In this document: positions 1 to 7,382 of the stretch, piece by piece
Numbering within the stretch: position 1 is the first letter of the stretch
Layout: the number at the start of each line of letters is the position of its first letter
DNA from: Candidatus Iainarchaeum sp.
Lineage (GTDB): Archaea; Iainarchaeota; Iainarchaeia; JAGGVJ01
Length of the DNA: 31,812 nt
NCBI GenBank assembly: GCA_021158055.1
Contig: JAGGVJ010000028.1
Span: forward strand, 1-31,812
Direction: 5' to 3'
Notes under the pieces: generated by a model
The model's input: the letters and a program-made list of their open reading frames with translations, nothing else
The model's database searches: none
What the model was told of the DNA's origin: nothing
Made by a program: the position numbers and the translations under genes

Positions 1-228
1 AAAATGCCAGGAACCAACCAAACCAGTGTTGTCATACAACGCAGTCGTCAAATCAAGCGGAACCTGAAAATCAGTCAACTCAGAACCTGAAGAATCAGTA
101 ACAGTGATTGCTTTCCTGTACTCCCAGTTTGAATCCCACCAGACACCCGCTGAACAGACCGGCTGAACCAAAAGAAAAGCGATCACAACGCACGCAAGAG
201 CCAAAAACAACTTCTTTTGAAAAACCAT
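1..228 (-). CDS. N-terminal part (runs off the window) of a secreted/surface protein, DUF2341 + LamG-like
   Basis: Manual translation MVFQKKLFLALACVVIAFLLVQPVCSAGVWWDSNWEYRKAITVTDSSGSELTDFQVPLDLTTALYDNTGLVGSWHF. It has a signal peptide, the WWxxxWxYRKxI start of DUF2341 and a GLVGxWHF LamG-type start. SD-like AGGTG lies upstream of the ATG at 228. Not in the ORF track. Confidence 0.75.
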   Translation of the reverse strand, partial: MVFQKKLFLALACVVIAFLLVQPVCSAGVWWDSNWEYRKAITVTDSSGSELTDFQVPLDLTTALYDNTGLVGSWHF

Positions 229-417
229 TTAAACACCTTAAATTGATACCTGAAAGTAACAATCAAACAATTTCATTAAACCTAACTGATATAATATATT
301 TAAACATATATTATCCCGAATTAATTTCACTGCCCTGCTTTTTTTGTTTTTTCACCGTTGTTTTATTTGAAGTTTGTTTGCATGGCATTTATATATGTGT
401 TTTTCTTTAATTATTGC

Positions 418-666
418 ATGGTTTTTAAAGAACTGGCTCATTCAGTCATGGACACGATGGAAGAAATAGTGTACTTTTTAGTGGGCTTGTTTATTTCAGG
501 CGTAATACTCGGTGAGTTTTACTTGATGTGGCTGTTCAAGCTGCCGTTGCCAAAAGACCTTATGGCCCCGTTTTGGTTTCCGGTTTACGCAATGCTTCTT
601 CTTATAGTACTGAAAACAATAGACAACTGGCAGGAGTCACGTGCACCTGCTCCGTCAGAAGAATAA
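418..666 (+). CDS. Small hypothetical membrane protein (~82 aa, 2 TM)
   Basis: ATG at 418 within the 358..666 ORF; two hydrophobic segments and a polar C-tail. Confidence 0.6.
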   Translation: MVFKELAHSVMDTMEEIVYFLVGLFISGVILGEFYLMWLFKLPLPKDLMAPFWFPVYAMLLLIVLKTIDNWQESRAPAPSEE

Positions 667-712
667 TATTTTTTTACTGTTTTTTGAAAAACCGCTTTTG
701 TTTTGTAATCAG

Positions 713-2614
713 CTAGCGCAGCCTGATTATTTCAAGATTTTTTGGCGATTTGCTGTCAATTTTAAACATGTTGTGTATTGTGTTTGACAGTTCAAGGCAT
801 TTTTGCCTGTCTCCGTGGTCAATTATGGTGAGTTTTGGCTTTGACCTCATTTTACGGATGTATGCAAGAAGCTGTCTCCTGTCAGAGTGGCCTGAAAACC
901 CGTCGATTGTTTCTATGTTCATGTTGATTTCAACGGTTTTTGTTTTGCCGTTTTCTTCGCCTACCGGTATTTCGCGTTTGCCTCTTTGTATTTTTTTGCC
1001 AAGGGTTCCTTCTCCTTGGTAACCCACAAAAATCAGCTGGTTTTTTGGATCAGAGGCAAGCATTTTCAGGTATTCAAGTGACGGTCCGCCGGTAAGCATT
1101 CCAGAACTTGCGAGTATGACTCCGGGTTCGCCGTTTTTTATGATTTCTTCGCGTTCTTTTCCGCCGCGTATTTCCTGGAATATGCTGCATGTGAAAGGTG
1201 AATCGTTGTGGAGGACCCGTCGTTCAATGTTGTTTTTCAAAAATTCAGGGTAAATTGTGTGTATTGCCGATGCTTGTTTTGTCATGCCGTCAATGTAAAC
1301 GGGGGCGTTGAATCTTTTTCTTTTGAATGCTTCTTCAAGCACAAGCATGACTTCCTGTCCTCTTCCGACCGCAAACACGGGGATGATTGTGAAACCGCCT
1401 TTTGCGATGGTCTTGTTCACGGCCCGCACAAGGTCTTCGTCACAGTCTTTTCTCTGGGTCTGAATGTCGTTTTTTCCGCCGTAAGTGCTTTCAAGAATAA
1501 GTGTTTCAACGCGCGGGAAACTTTTGTTGTCTGCGGGTTCAAATAGTTTGGTGTAACCGTATTTTATGTCTCCGCTGTAAACAAGGTTGTGCGCGCCGTT
1601 TCCGATGTGCAGGTGCACTGAAGAGCTTCCGAGAATGTGCCCTGCGTTGTAAAGTGTCATTCGCACGTCCGGTGTTATGTCTGTGACTTCACCAAAGTTT
1701 CTGGTTATGGTGTGTTTTACGACTTCTTTGATGTGTTTTTCTGTGTAGAGGAGGTCTTTTCCTTCTTTTGCTGCAATGTCAAGCGCGTCAAAGTGAAGCA
1801 GTGACATGAGGTCTCTTGTCGGGGCGCTGCAGTAAACAGGTCCCTCGTAGCCGTAAGCGTACAGGTATGGCAGGAACCCGCTGTGGTCAAGGTGCGCGTG
1901 GGAAATGATGATTGCGTCGAGTTCGCTTAAAGGGAAGTCAAGGGCGTCCAGGTAAGGGTATGCTTCGCTTGGGTTGCCGATGTTTATTCCGCAGTCAAGC
2001 ATAACTTTGCTTTCAGGGGTTCTTAAAAGCATGCAGCTTCTCCCGACTTCCTGGCATCCCCCGAGAAATTCAAGGCGAATCCAGTCTTTTGTATTTTTTT
2101 TGGGTTCCCTGTAAATCCGTTCCGCAACGGTTTCAAGGATTTTTTTCCTGTTTTTGCTTTCTTTTACCATGCTAAAGCGCAGGTGTTTTATTATGTCGCA
2201 TTCTGTTGTCGGCGCGCGTTTTATGTTTGAGGTCCATCCTGTTTCGAGAGTGATTTGTTTTGAAACGGAACCGTTTTTTCCGATGACTACCCCCAGCTTT
2301 TTTGCTTCTATTACTACTTCGCTGAAAACCGGGTCAAATCTTATGAATGTTATGTCTGCATCTTCTGACACTATTTTTCTTATTTTTGCTTCTGCTTCAA
2401 CAGGGTCTGTTAAAAGTGATTTGTCGGTTCTTATGTTTATGTGTTTTTTCAGCGCTCCGGCTAACCGTCTTACAATTGATTCGTCGTCAAAAAATGCTTT
2501 CGGGTTTTTTGTGTAAAGAACTATTTCCGGTCCTTCGTGCCCAATTTTTGTAACTTTGCATTTCTCAGGCACTATTTTTTTTACCAGTTCTTCTACTTCT
2601 TCAAAATATTTCAA
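713..2614 (-). CDS. fttA: Beta-CASP ribonuclease aCPSF1 (FttA), KH domains + metallo-beta-lactamase
   Basis: 633 aa; N-terminal KH region (GVVIGKNG), LGGCQEVGRSC, SHAHLDHSG, AGHILGS, ESTYG, GFSGHSD; lies next to psmB as is usual in archaea. Confidence 0.95.
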   Translation of the reverse strand: MKYFEEVEELVKKIVPEKCKVTKIGHEGPEIVLYTKNPKAFFDDESIVRRLAGALKKHINIRTDKSLLTDPVEAEAKIRKIVSEDADITFIRFDPVFSEVVIEAKKLGVVIGKNGSVSKQITLETGWTSNIKRAPTTECDIIKHLRFSMVKESKNRKKILETVAERIYREPKKNTKDWIRLEFLGGCQEVGRSCMLLRTPESKVMLDCGINIGNPSEAYPYLDALDFPLSELDAIIISHAHLDHSGFLPYLYAYGYEGPVYCSAPTRDLMSLLHFDALDIAAKEGKDLLYTEKHIKEVVKHTITRNFGEVTDITPDVRMTLYNAGHILGSSSVHLHIGNGAHNLVYSGDIKYGYTKLFEPADNKSFPRVETLILESTYGGKNDIQTQRKDCDEDLVRAVNKTIAKGGFTIIPVFAVGRGQEVMLVLEEAFKRKRFNAPVYIDGMTKQASAIHTIYPEFLKNNIERRVLHNDSPFTCSIFQEIRGGKEREEIIKNGEPGVILASSGMLTGGPSLEYLKMLASDPKNQLIFVGYQGEGTLGKKIQRGKREIPVGEENGKTKTVEINMNIETIDGFSGHSDRRQLLAYIRKMRSKPKLTIIDHGDRQKCLELSNTIHNMFKIDSKSPKNLEIIRLR

Positions 2615-2815
2615 TATAGAACCCCCAGAAATTACAAAATAATCACCATTGGTTTGTTTCAGAATGATTATTTTATGGTTTATTTCAGAAAGCTATTCCG
2701 CAGGTTATCGCAGAATAACCATGGTTTAATTCTTAACTTTCGCACACTATTTTTTAGATATAGTTTGGTTTTTCCGTTTGTTTAGACGTATTTCAGGTCA
2801 GCTGGTTATGCAGCT

Positions 2816-3409
2816 TCACAATTTTATTTTTCGGAATCCGTTTTTGTCAATTACTGCAACGTCTGCTTCAAATCCTGTGTTTGATTCTCGTTTTATTGCG
2901 GTGTTTATTGTTTTTACCGCGACTTCTATTCCTTCTTTTTCACTCATGTCTGACTTGAAGAGTGTTTCAAGCACCCCGAGCGCTACAGGAGTGCCGGATC
3001 CCGTGGCATAATATTCTTCGTCATCGACTGCTGACCCGTCAGGGAAAAGGGAGAGTATTTGCGGGCCGTTCCTGTCATATCCCCCCAGGATCATCACTGC
3101 TATGGGCGGAAAGTATCTTTGGGAGAAGAATATGTTTGAAATGACGGTTCCGAGCGCGTTAACTGTAATCGGCATGTTTTTCTTTATTTTGTACAGGTTT
3201 GCCTCTGCTTTCAGGTGTCTTGCAAGGCTTTGGTTGTGTCCTGCGGATCCCGCTGTCGTGATTGCGAGGTGGTCGTCCAGTTGGATTATTTTTGTGACCT
3301 TTTCTTTTATGCTGCCGATGCTTCCCTGCCTGTCTGTAGCCAGAACAACGCAGTCTTTGCATTTCAATGCAACAGTAGTGGTTCCTGTACTTCTGAAATT
3401 ACTTTCCAT
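2816..3409 (-). CDS. psmB: Proteasome subunit beta
   Basis: Short propeptide then G/TTTVAL, ATD, GSG motif; ATG at 3409 preceded by SD GAGGGTG. Confidence 0.92.
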   Translation of the reverse strand: MESNFRSTGTTTVALKCKDCVVLATDRQGSIGSIKEKVTKIIQLDDHLAITTAGSAGHNQSLARHLKAEANLYKIKKNMPITVNALGTVISNIFFSQRYFPPIAVMILGGYDRNGPQILSLFPDGSAVDDEEYYATGSGTPVALGVLETLFKSDMSEKEGIEVAVKTINTAIKRESNTGFEADVAVIDKNGFRKIKL

Positions 3410-3630
3410 GACACACCCTCTCAAAAGTTACTGAAAAATAGGTTTTGTTTTAGTTGTTTCTATTTAGTTTTATAATGTTATTCTTAGTTTTTATTCATTA
3501 TGTTGTCTTTATGCTGTTAAATGTTGTCTTTATATTGATTATACTCTCTTTTTTGGTTTATAAAAACCTTTGTTAGTTTACAATAACTTTTGTTAACAGG
3601 TGGTTTTTCAACCTTTTGAAGTTTGAGACT

Positions 3631-4353
3631 TCATTTTTTTGAGTCGGTTTTTTCTTCTGTCTTGTCCGGGTTTTTTTTCTTGAATTCTTCAACAAATTGT
3701 ATGTTTTCAATGTCTTTCATGTATGAAAGAACCATGTTTCCCATTGTGGCTTTTGAAAGTCCCGCGTGCTGGTGCATGACAAGGTCTTCTGAAAGATTTA
3801 CAGTAATTGTTTTTCCTTCAATTTTTATGTTTTGCTTTTCAAGGTCTGCGTACGGAAAAGCTATTTTGAACAGTTCGTTTACCTGTTTGGATTTGTCGGT
3901 TATTTTTTCGTGGACTGTAAAAACGTACTCAAGCGGTTTTCCGGCCAGTTCGTGGTTGAAGTCCACGCGCACGCGCCCGCCCGAGACGCTTTGCACTCTT
4001 CCGCGCTCGTTGTTTATGTCAACAGGCATTCCCGGGAATGGTTTTATCCCCTGGTCTTTGAAGTTTTTCATTGCAACGAGCCTTACTTTGCCTGCGTCCC
4101 TTGTTCCGAAACCTTCTTCCGGCTTGATTCTTACGCTGGTTTCTTCGCCGATTTTCGCATCTGAAAATGCATTATCCAAACCTTTTAATACCTGCCCGGA
4201 CCCAACAATTATGGTTGCAGGCCCGTATTTAGCGCCTTGTTTGTGGATTCCGGCTTTTTTGGCCGTTTCTTCAGAAGTCGTGTCAAACACACTGTTGTTT
4301 ACTGATCCTGTAAAGTCAACTTTTATAAATTCATTTTTGTTTATGTTAGTCAA
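3631..4353 (-). CDS. Long-type archaeal FKBP peptidyl-prolyl isomerase (SlyD-like)
   Basis: FDTT, GSGQVLKGLD, PEEGFG, VDFNHELAGKPL motifs plus C-terminal extension; probable TTG start at 4353 with SD GGGGTG. Confidence 0.9.
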   Translation of the reverse strand: MTNINKNEFIKVDFTGSVNNSVFDTTSEETAKKAGIHKQGAKYGPATIIVGSGQVLKGLDNAFSDAKIGEETSVRIKPEEGFGTRDAGKVRLVAMKNFKDQGIKPFPGMPVDINNERGRVQSVSGGRVRVDFNHELAGKPLEYVFTVHEKITDKSKQVNELFKIAFPYADLEKQNIKIEGKTITVNLSEDLVMHQHAGLSKATMGNMVLSYMKDIENIQFVEEFKKKNPDKTEEKTDSKK

Positions 4354-4376
4354 ATAAAACACCCCGGGGATTTTTT

Positions 4377-5867
4377 ATGCATAATTCGGTTTTAGCTAAA
4401 TCAGTAGTTGTTGTTCTTATTTTAATAATGACTTTGTCAACATTAGGTTACTTGTTTAAAGGAAATGATGATCCAAACCAGTCACCGGATGACTGGAATG
4501 CAACAGGGCAGTTCAGTGGACATGAAGGACCTGAGCCGGAAGTGAGTTGTTTTTCAGGCGATTCTTCTTCCACTTTAATTAGGTTTAAGGAATATTTAAA
4601 GGTTCAGTCCTGCACAGACCGCTCTGACTTTGAAGTTGTGGCAGAGGAACTTCAGGGCATTACGGGGGTATACAAAGTAAGCTATAACCCGCAGTTGTCT
4701 TCTGAAGGCGATTCATGCAACGGCGATTCAATTTATGTCTTCAACGCTGATTTGACTGTTTCAAAGTCAAAGATGTCAAGGCCGAAAGACCGTTCAGCCA
4801 TGATAAAAAGTGTAAAGAAGGCCCTTGAAAAGGACTTCAGTGAAACAGTTGTTGCTTTGATCGGGGTGGTTGAACTGCCTGAAAAAGTGATTTTCAAACC
4901 CCTTGACTGTGACACTTACATTCCGATTGATTCCAATGTGACAAAAGAGTACGAGTTGCAGGTAAGGGAGATTCCGTCAGTCATAAGTGAGTATTCAAAG
5001 GTCGGCGAGTCTGTTCCGGTAACTATTTACGCGTCGTTTAAGTCAACGCCTGATTCTGAAATATTAAGCAGCATAGTGGCTTTTGAAAAGCAAAGGCCCA
5101 TAATGAGGTACCCTGAGATAAAGAATACTGTTGTGGATGCGTTTGTGAAAGAGGATCTTAAAAAGATAGAGTTTTCAGGAAGCCTTAATTTGTCTGATTT
5201 CGTGGAAAAGGATGCATTGGCGCAAAAGCTCAGTGCAGACGGGATAACCAAGGTTGAGCTTAATGACTATGCTGAACCGGAGCTTGTTTTGAGTGGGCAC
5301 GCAGTCCTTGAAGAGAGCGTTTCAGGTGAGCCGGATAAGGCGGGTGAAATTGATGTGAACAAGACCGATGAACTGCTGTCAAAGCTTGAAAGTGTTGAAA
5401 GCGTTTCAGGTTCAGTTCGCGACAATTCCTACACGTTTACAGTTGATTTGAATTCAAGCAAAAACATTCCCCAGACAATTGACTCAATTAAAACAGTGCT
5501 TGAGAAAGAGGGTTTTGTTGACGTGAGGGTTCAGGAACGGTTTGCAAGCATTGGCGGAAGTGCTCTTTATTCGGGCGATGGCAGGCAGGCGTTTGACGCG
5601 TTTAAGTCGGCTCTTGATGAAAGCAATGTAACTGTGTTTGAAATAGGCCGTGTTGTAATGGCGCAGCTTCCGGAGATAGTATCTTTGGAAGAAAAGGTTT
5701 CAGAGGATTCAAACGCAACAGAGCTTGTGGATTATCCTCTTGAGGAAAACCTTGTCAAGGTAAAAGTCAGCCCGGAAGTAGCTGAAGGGGACAAGATTAG
5801 CGTGGATCTGGATGTTTATGTCCTTGACGATGAAATAGTCGGGACAAATGCAGAGCAGACCAGATAG
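4377..5867 (+). CDS. Hypothetical acidic membrane-anchored protein (496 aa)
   Basis: N-terminal hydrophobic anchor, long D/E/S/V-rich body; no recognised family. Confidence 0.75.
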   Translation: MHNSVLAKSVVVVLILIMTLSTLGYLFKGNDDPNQSPDDWNATGQFSGHEGPEPEVSCFSGDSSSTLIRFKEYLKVQSCTDRSDFEVVAEELQGITGVYKVSYNPQLSSEGDSCNGDSIYVFNADLTVSKSKMSRPKDRSAMIKSVKKALEKDFSETVVALIGVVELPEKVIFKPLDCDTYIPIDSNVTKEYELQVREIPSVISEYSKVGESVPVTIYASFKSTPDSEILSSIVAFEKQRPIMRYPEIKNTVVDAFVKEDLKKIEFSGSLNLSDFVEKDALAQKLSADGITKVELNDYAEPELVLSGHAVLEESVSGEPDKAGEIDVNKTDELLSKLESVESVSGSVRDNSYTFTVDLNSSKNIPQTIDSIKTVLEKEGFVDVRVQERFASIGGSALYSGDGRQAFDAFKSALDESNVTVFEIGRVVMAQLPEIVSLEEKVSEDSNATELVDYPLEENLVKVKVSPEVAEGDKISVDLDVYVLDDEIVGTNAEQTR

Positions 5868-5922
5868 GTTTGCTTTGTTTTTTCTTTTTTTATTTGATCG
5901 GTAGCGTATTTGAAGATTTGGT

Positions 5923-6579
5923 TTATCGGTTTTTTCTTGGTTTGTCTGAAACAAGAAGCCACACAAACCAGCAGAAAGTAACTGCATCCATACCGTATTT
6001 GTTTCTTAAAAAGTCAAATTTTTCAATTGCTTCAGGCTGGTTTGAAAAAGTGACTTTGAGCTCTTTTTCCATGAAGCGCAGGATTATCTTGTCAGGCATG
6101 AGCGTGTCGATTCCTGCCTGCATCCTGAGGTATTGGAATGAATTGAGCCCGATTCCGTTTATCTTCCCGACCGCATCGTTTGACCAGTTTGTTTCGTCTG
6201 CATTTTCTGCCCAGTGCTTCAGCGCGTCAAAGTCGTTTTCAAAATTCATTTCGCGTTTTGTTTCAAGAAGTGCTTTTGCGGTTTCACAAAACACATTCCA
6301 GACCCGCTTGTTGTTGAAAAGAGCAAGCAATTCAGGGTTGTCGCATTTGATTTTCGATGCTTTTTCAAGCGAGCCGTGTTTTTCAAGAAACTTGTTTTCA
6401 AAGGTTTTTACACGCGGAACAACTACTGTGAAGTATTTGAGCCCGCTGCTTGTAAGGGCAGTGTCTAAAAGAATAAGTATTGCGTTTCCACCCCAGCGCT
6501 TTCCTGAAAAGCATGCGTTTGAAAACTGCTTTGCTTCAAGGAAAACTTGCGGGTTTTCATTGATTAGTTTTGAAAGCAT
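5923..6579 (-). CDS. Hypothetical protein with HhH-GPD (DNA glycosylase-like) signature
   Basis: GKINGIGLNSFQYLRM...TLMPD resembles a helix-hairpin-helix followed by the conserved Asp; SD AGGTGA. Confidence 0.6.
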   Translation of the reverse strand: MLSKLINENPQVFLEAKQFSNACFSGKRWGGNAILILLDTALTSSGLKYFTVVVPRVKTFENKFLEKHGSLEKASKIKCDNPELLALFNNKRVWNVFCETAKALLETKREMNFENDFDALKHWAENADETNWSNDAVGKINGIGLNSFQYLRMQAGIDTLMPDKIILRFMEKELKVTFSNQPEAIEKFDFLRNKYGMDAVTFCWFVWLLVSDKPRKNR

Positions 6580-6591
6580 AAACGGTTTTTC

Positions 6592-6639
6592 ACCTGATTT
6601 GTCAACTGTTCAGTTTTACCTGATTTGTCAATTGTTCAG
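6592..6639. repeat. Tandem duplication, period 26 bp (ACCTGATTTGTCAAyTGTTCAG x2)
   Basis: Copies at 6592-6613 and 6618-6639, one mismatch; spans the nac stop codon. Confidence 0.85.
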
Positions 6640-6965
6640 CCAGTGAGTTTTTCTATCGCTTCAGCAATGTCGCCGTCGGTTTCTTCAAGCGCTTGTTTTG
6701 ATTCGTCTTGGCTTTTGCCGGTGGCGTCCATTACCATTTTAATGTCTTCTTGCGGAATCCCAAGGGTTCTTTCCTGAGCGTCACCCAAGATCTGGAATGT
6801 TACAGTGCCCTGCATTTGTACTTTTGTTACCTGCGGGTTTGATATTACAAGCTCTCGGTCACGAAGTTTGATTATCACTTCTTCTGCGTCAAGTTCTTCG
6901 TTTTGGATTCCCATCTGTTTCATCATTCTCTGCATTTGTTTCGGGTTGATTTTTCCAGGCATCAT
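6636..6965 (-). CDS. nac: Nascent polypeptide-associated complex protein
   Basis: NPKQMQRMMKQMGI, AEEVII, PQVTKV.MQG..TFQI, C-terminal UBA-like EDIKMVM...GDIAEAI. Confidence 0.95.
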   Translation of the reverse strand: MMPGKINPKQMQRMMKQMGIQNEELDAEEVIIKLRDRELVISNPQVTKVQMQGTVTFQILGDAQERTLGIPQEDIKMVMDATGKSQDESKQALEETDGDIAEAIEKLTG

Positions 6966-7050
6966 GTTCAGACCTCATTGTTTTGTGGCTTTTGATAAAA
7001 TTTGTTTAATTTTTTATTACCGGCAATTTATGTTATTTCACCATATTTAT

Positions 7051-7351
7051 CTGTCGTGAGTCAAGAAGACCAATCCCTTTAGGGGTTGGATGAATTGACT
7101 CCGTACATTTTTAACTTTGTTTTTTCATATATTGTATTGCTCTTACTGGCATGAGTCAAGCGATTGACTAAGGATACGATGGGTATTGTCTTTTTTGGTT
7201 TGAGTAGGCTGTTACACTCCATGTAATGGGTTTACCCTTTCATGTCAACCAGCCGAATGTCCTCCGTTCCTGCTTGCAGGCGTCTTATGGATATCAACCT
7301 CCTTAACGAAAACTGGAAGGGCAAGCCACCTATTTTAAGGGGGTAGTTGAC
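7051..7351 (+). mobile_element. Non-autonomous IS200/IS605-family element (PATE/MITE-like), no tnpA/tnpB
   Basis: Target TTTAT at 7046-7050. Left end has guide AAGA at +16..+19 and hairpin CCAATCCC-TTTA-GGGGTTGG inside the GAGTCAA/TTGACTC stem. Right end has guide CAAG (7322-7325), an imperfect hairpin and terminal TGAC (7348-7351). Confidence 0.85.
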
Positions 7352-7370
7352 CTTTAAATAGTGTTTCTTG
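7244..7370 (+). ncRNA. Putative TnpB omegaRNA/reRNA scaffold plus flank-derived guide (5' boundary uncertain)
   Basis: GTCAACCAGCCG (7244) can pair with the terminal GTAGTTGAC (7351), and the VNQPNV reading resembles TnpB C-terminal tails. The guide would be CTTTAAATAGTGTTTCTTG. Confidence 0.55.
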
Positions 7371-7382
7371 TTTTATTTATTT

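Noticed and set aside
108-410. 100-aa plus-strand ORF
   Set aside because: Antisense to the DUF2341-like gene and runs through the promoter spacer
3623-4357. Long antisense ORFs (e.g. 3623..4357, 5870..6646, 22863..23660, 26375..26974)
   Set aside because: Shadows of well-identified opposite-strand genes; F/S-rich with no motifs
7051-7351. Minus-strand IscB omegaRNA (HEARO) starting GTCAACTACCCC
   Set aside because: The start is shared by IS200/IS605 ends, but typical HEARO downstream motifs and an iscB ORF are not seen. The plus-strand VNQP/GTTGAC layout fits TnpB better, though IscB is not fully excluded.
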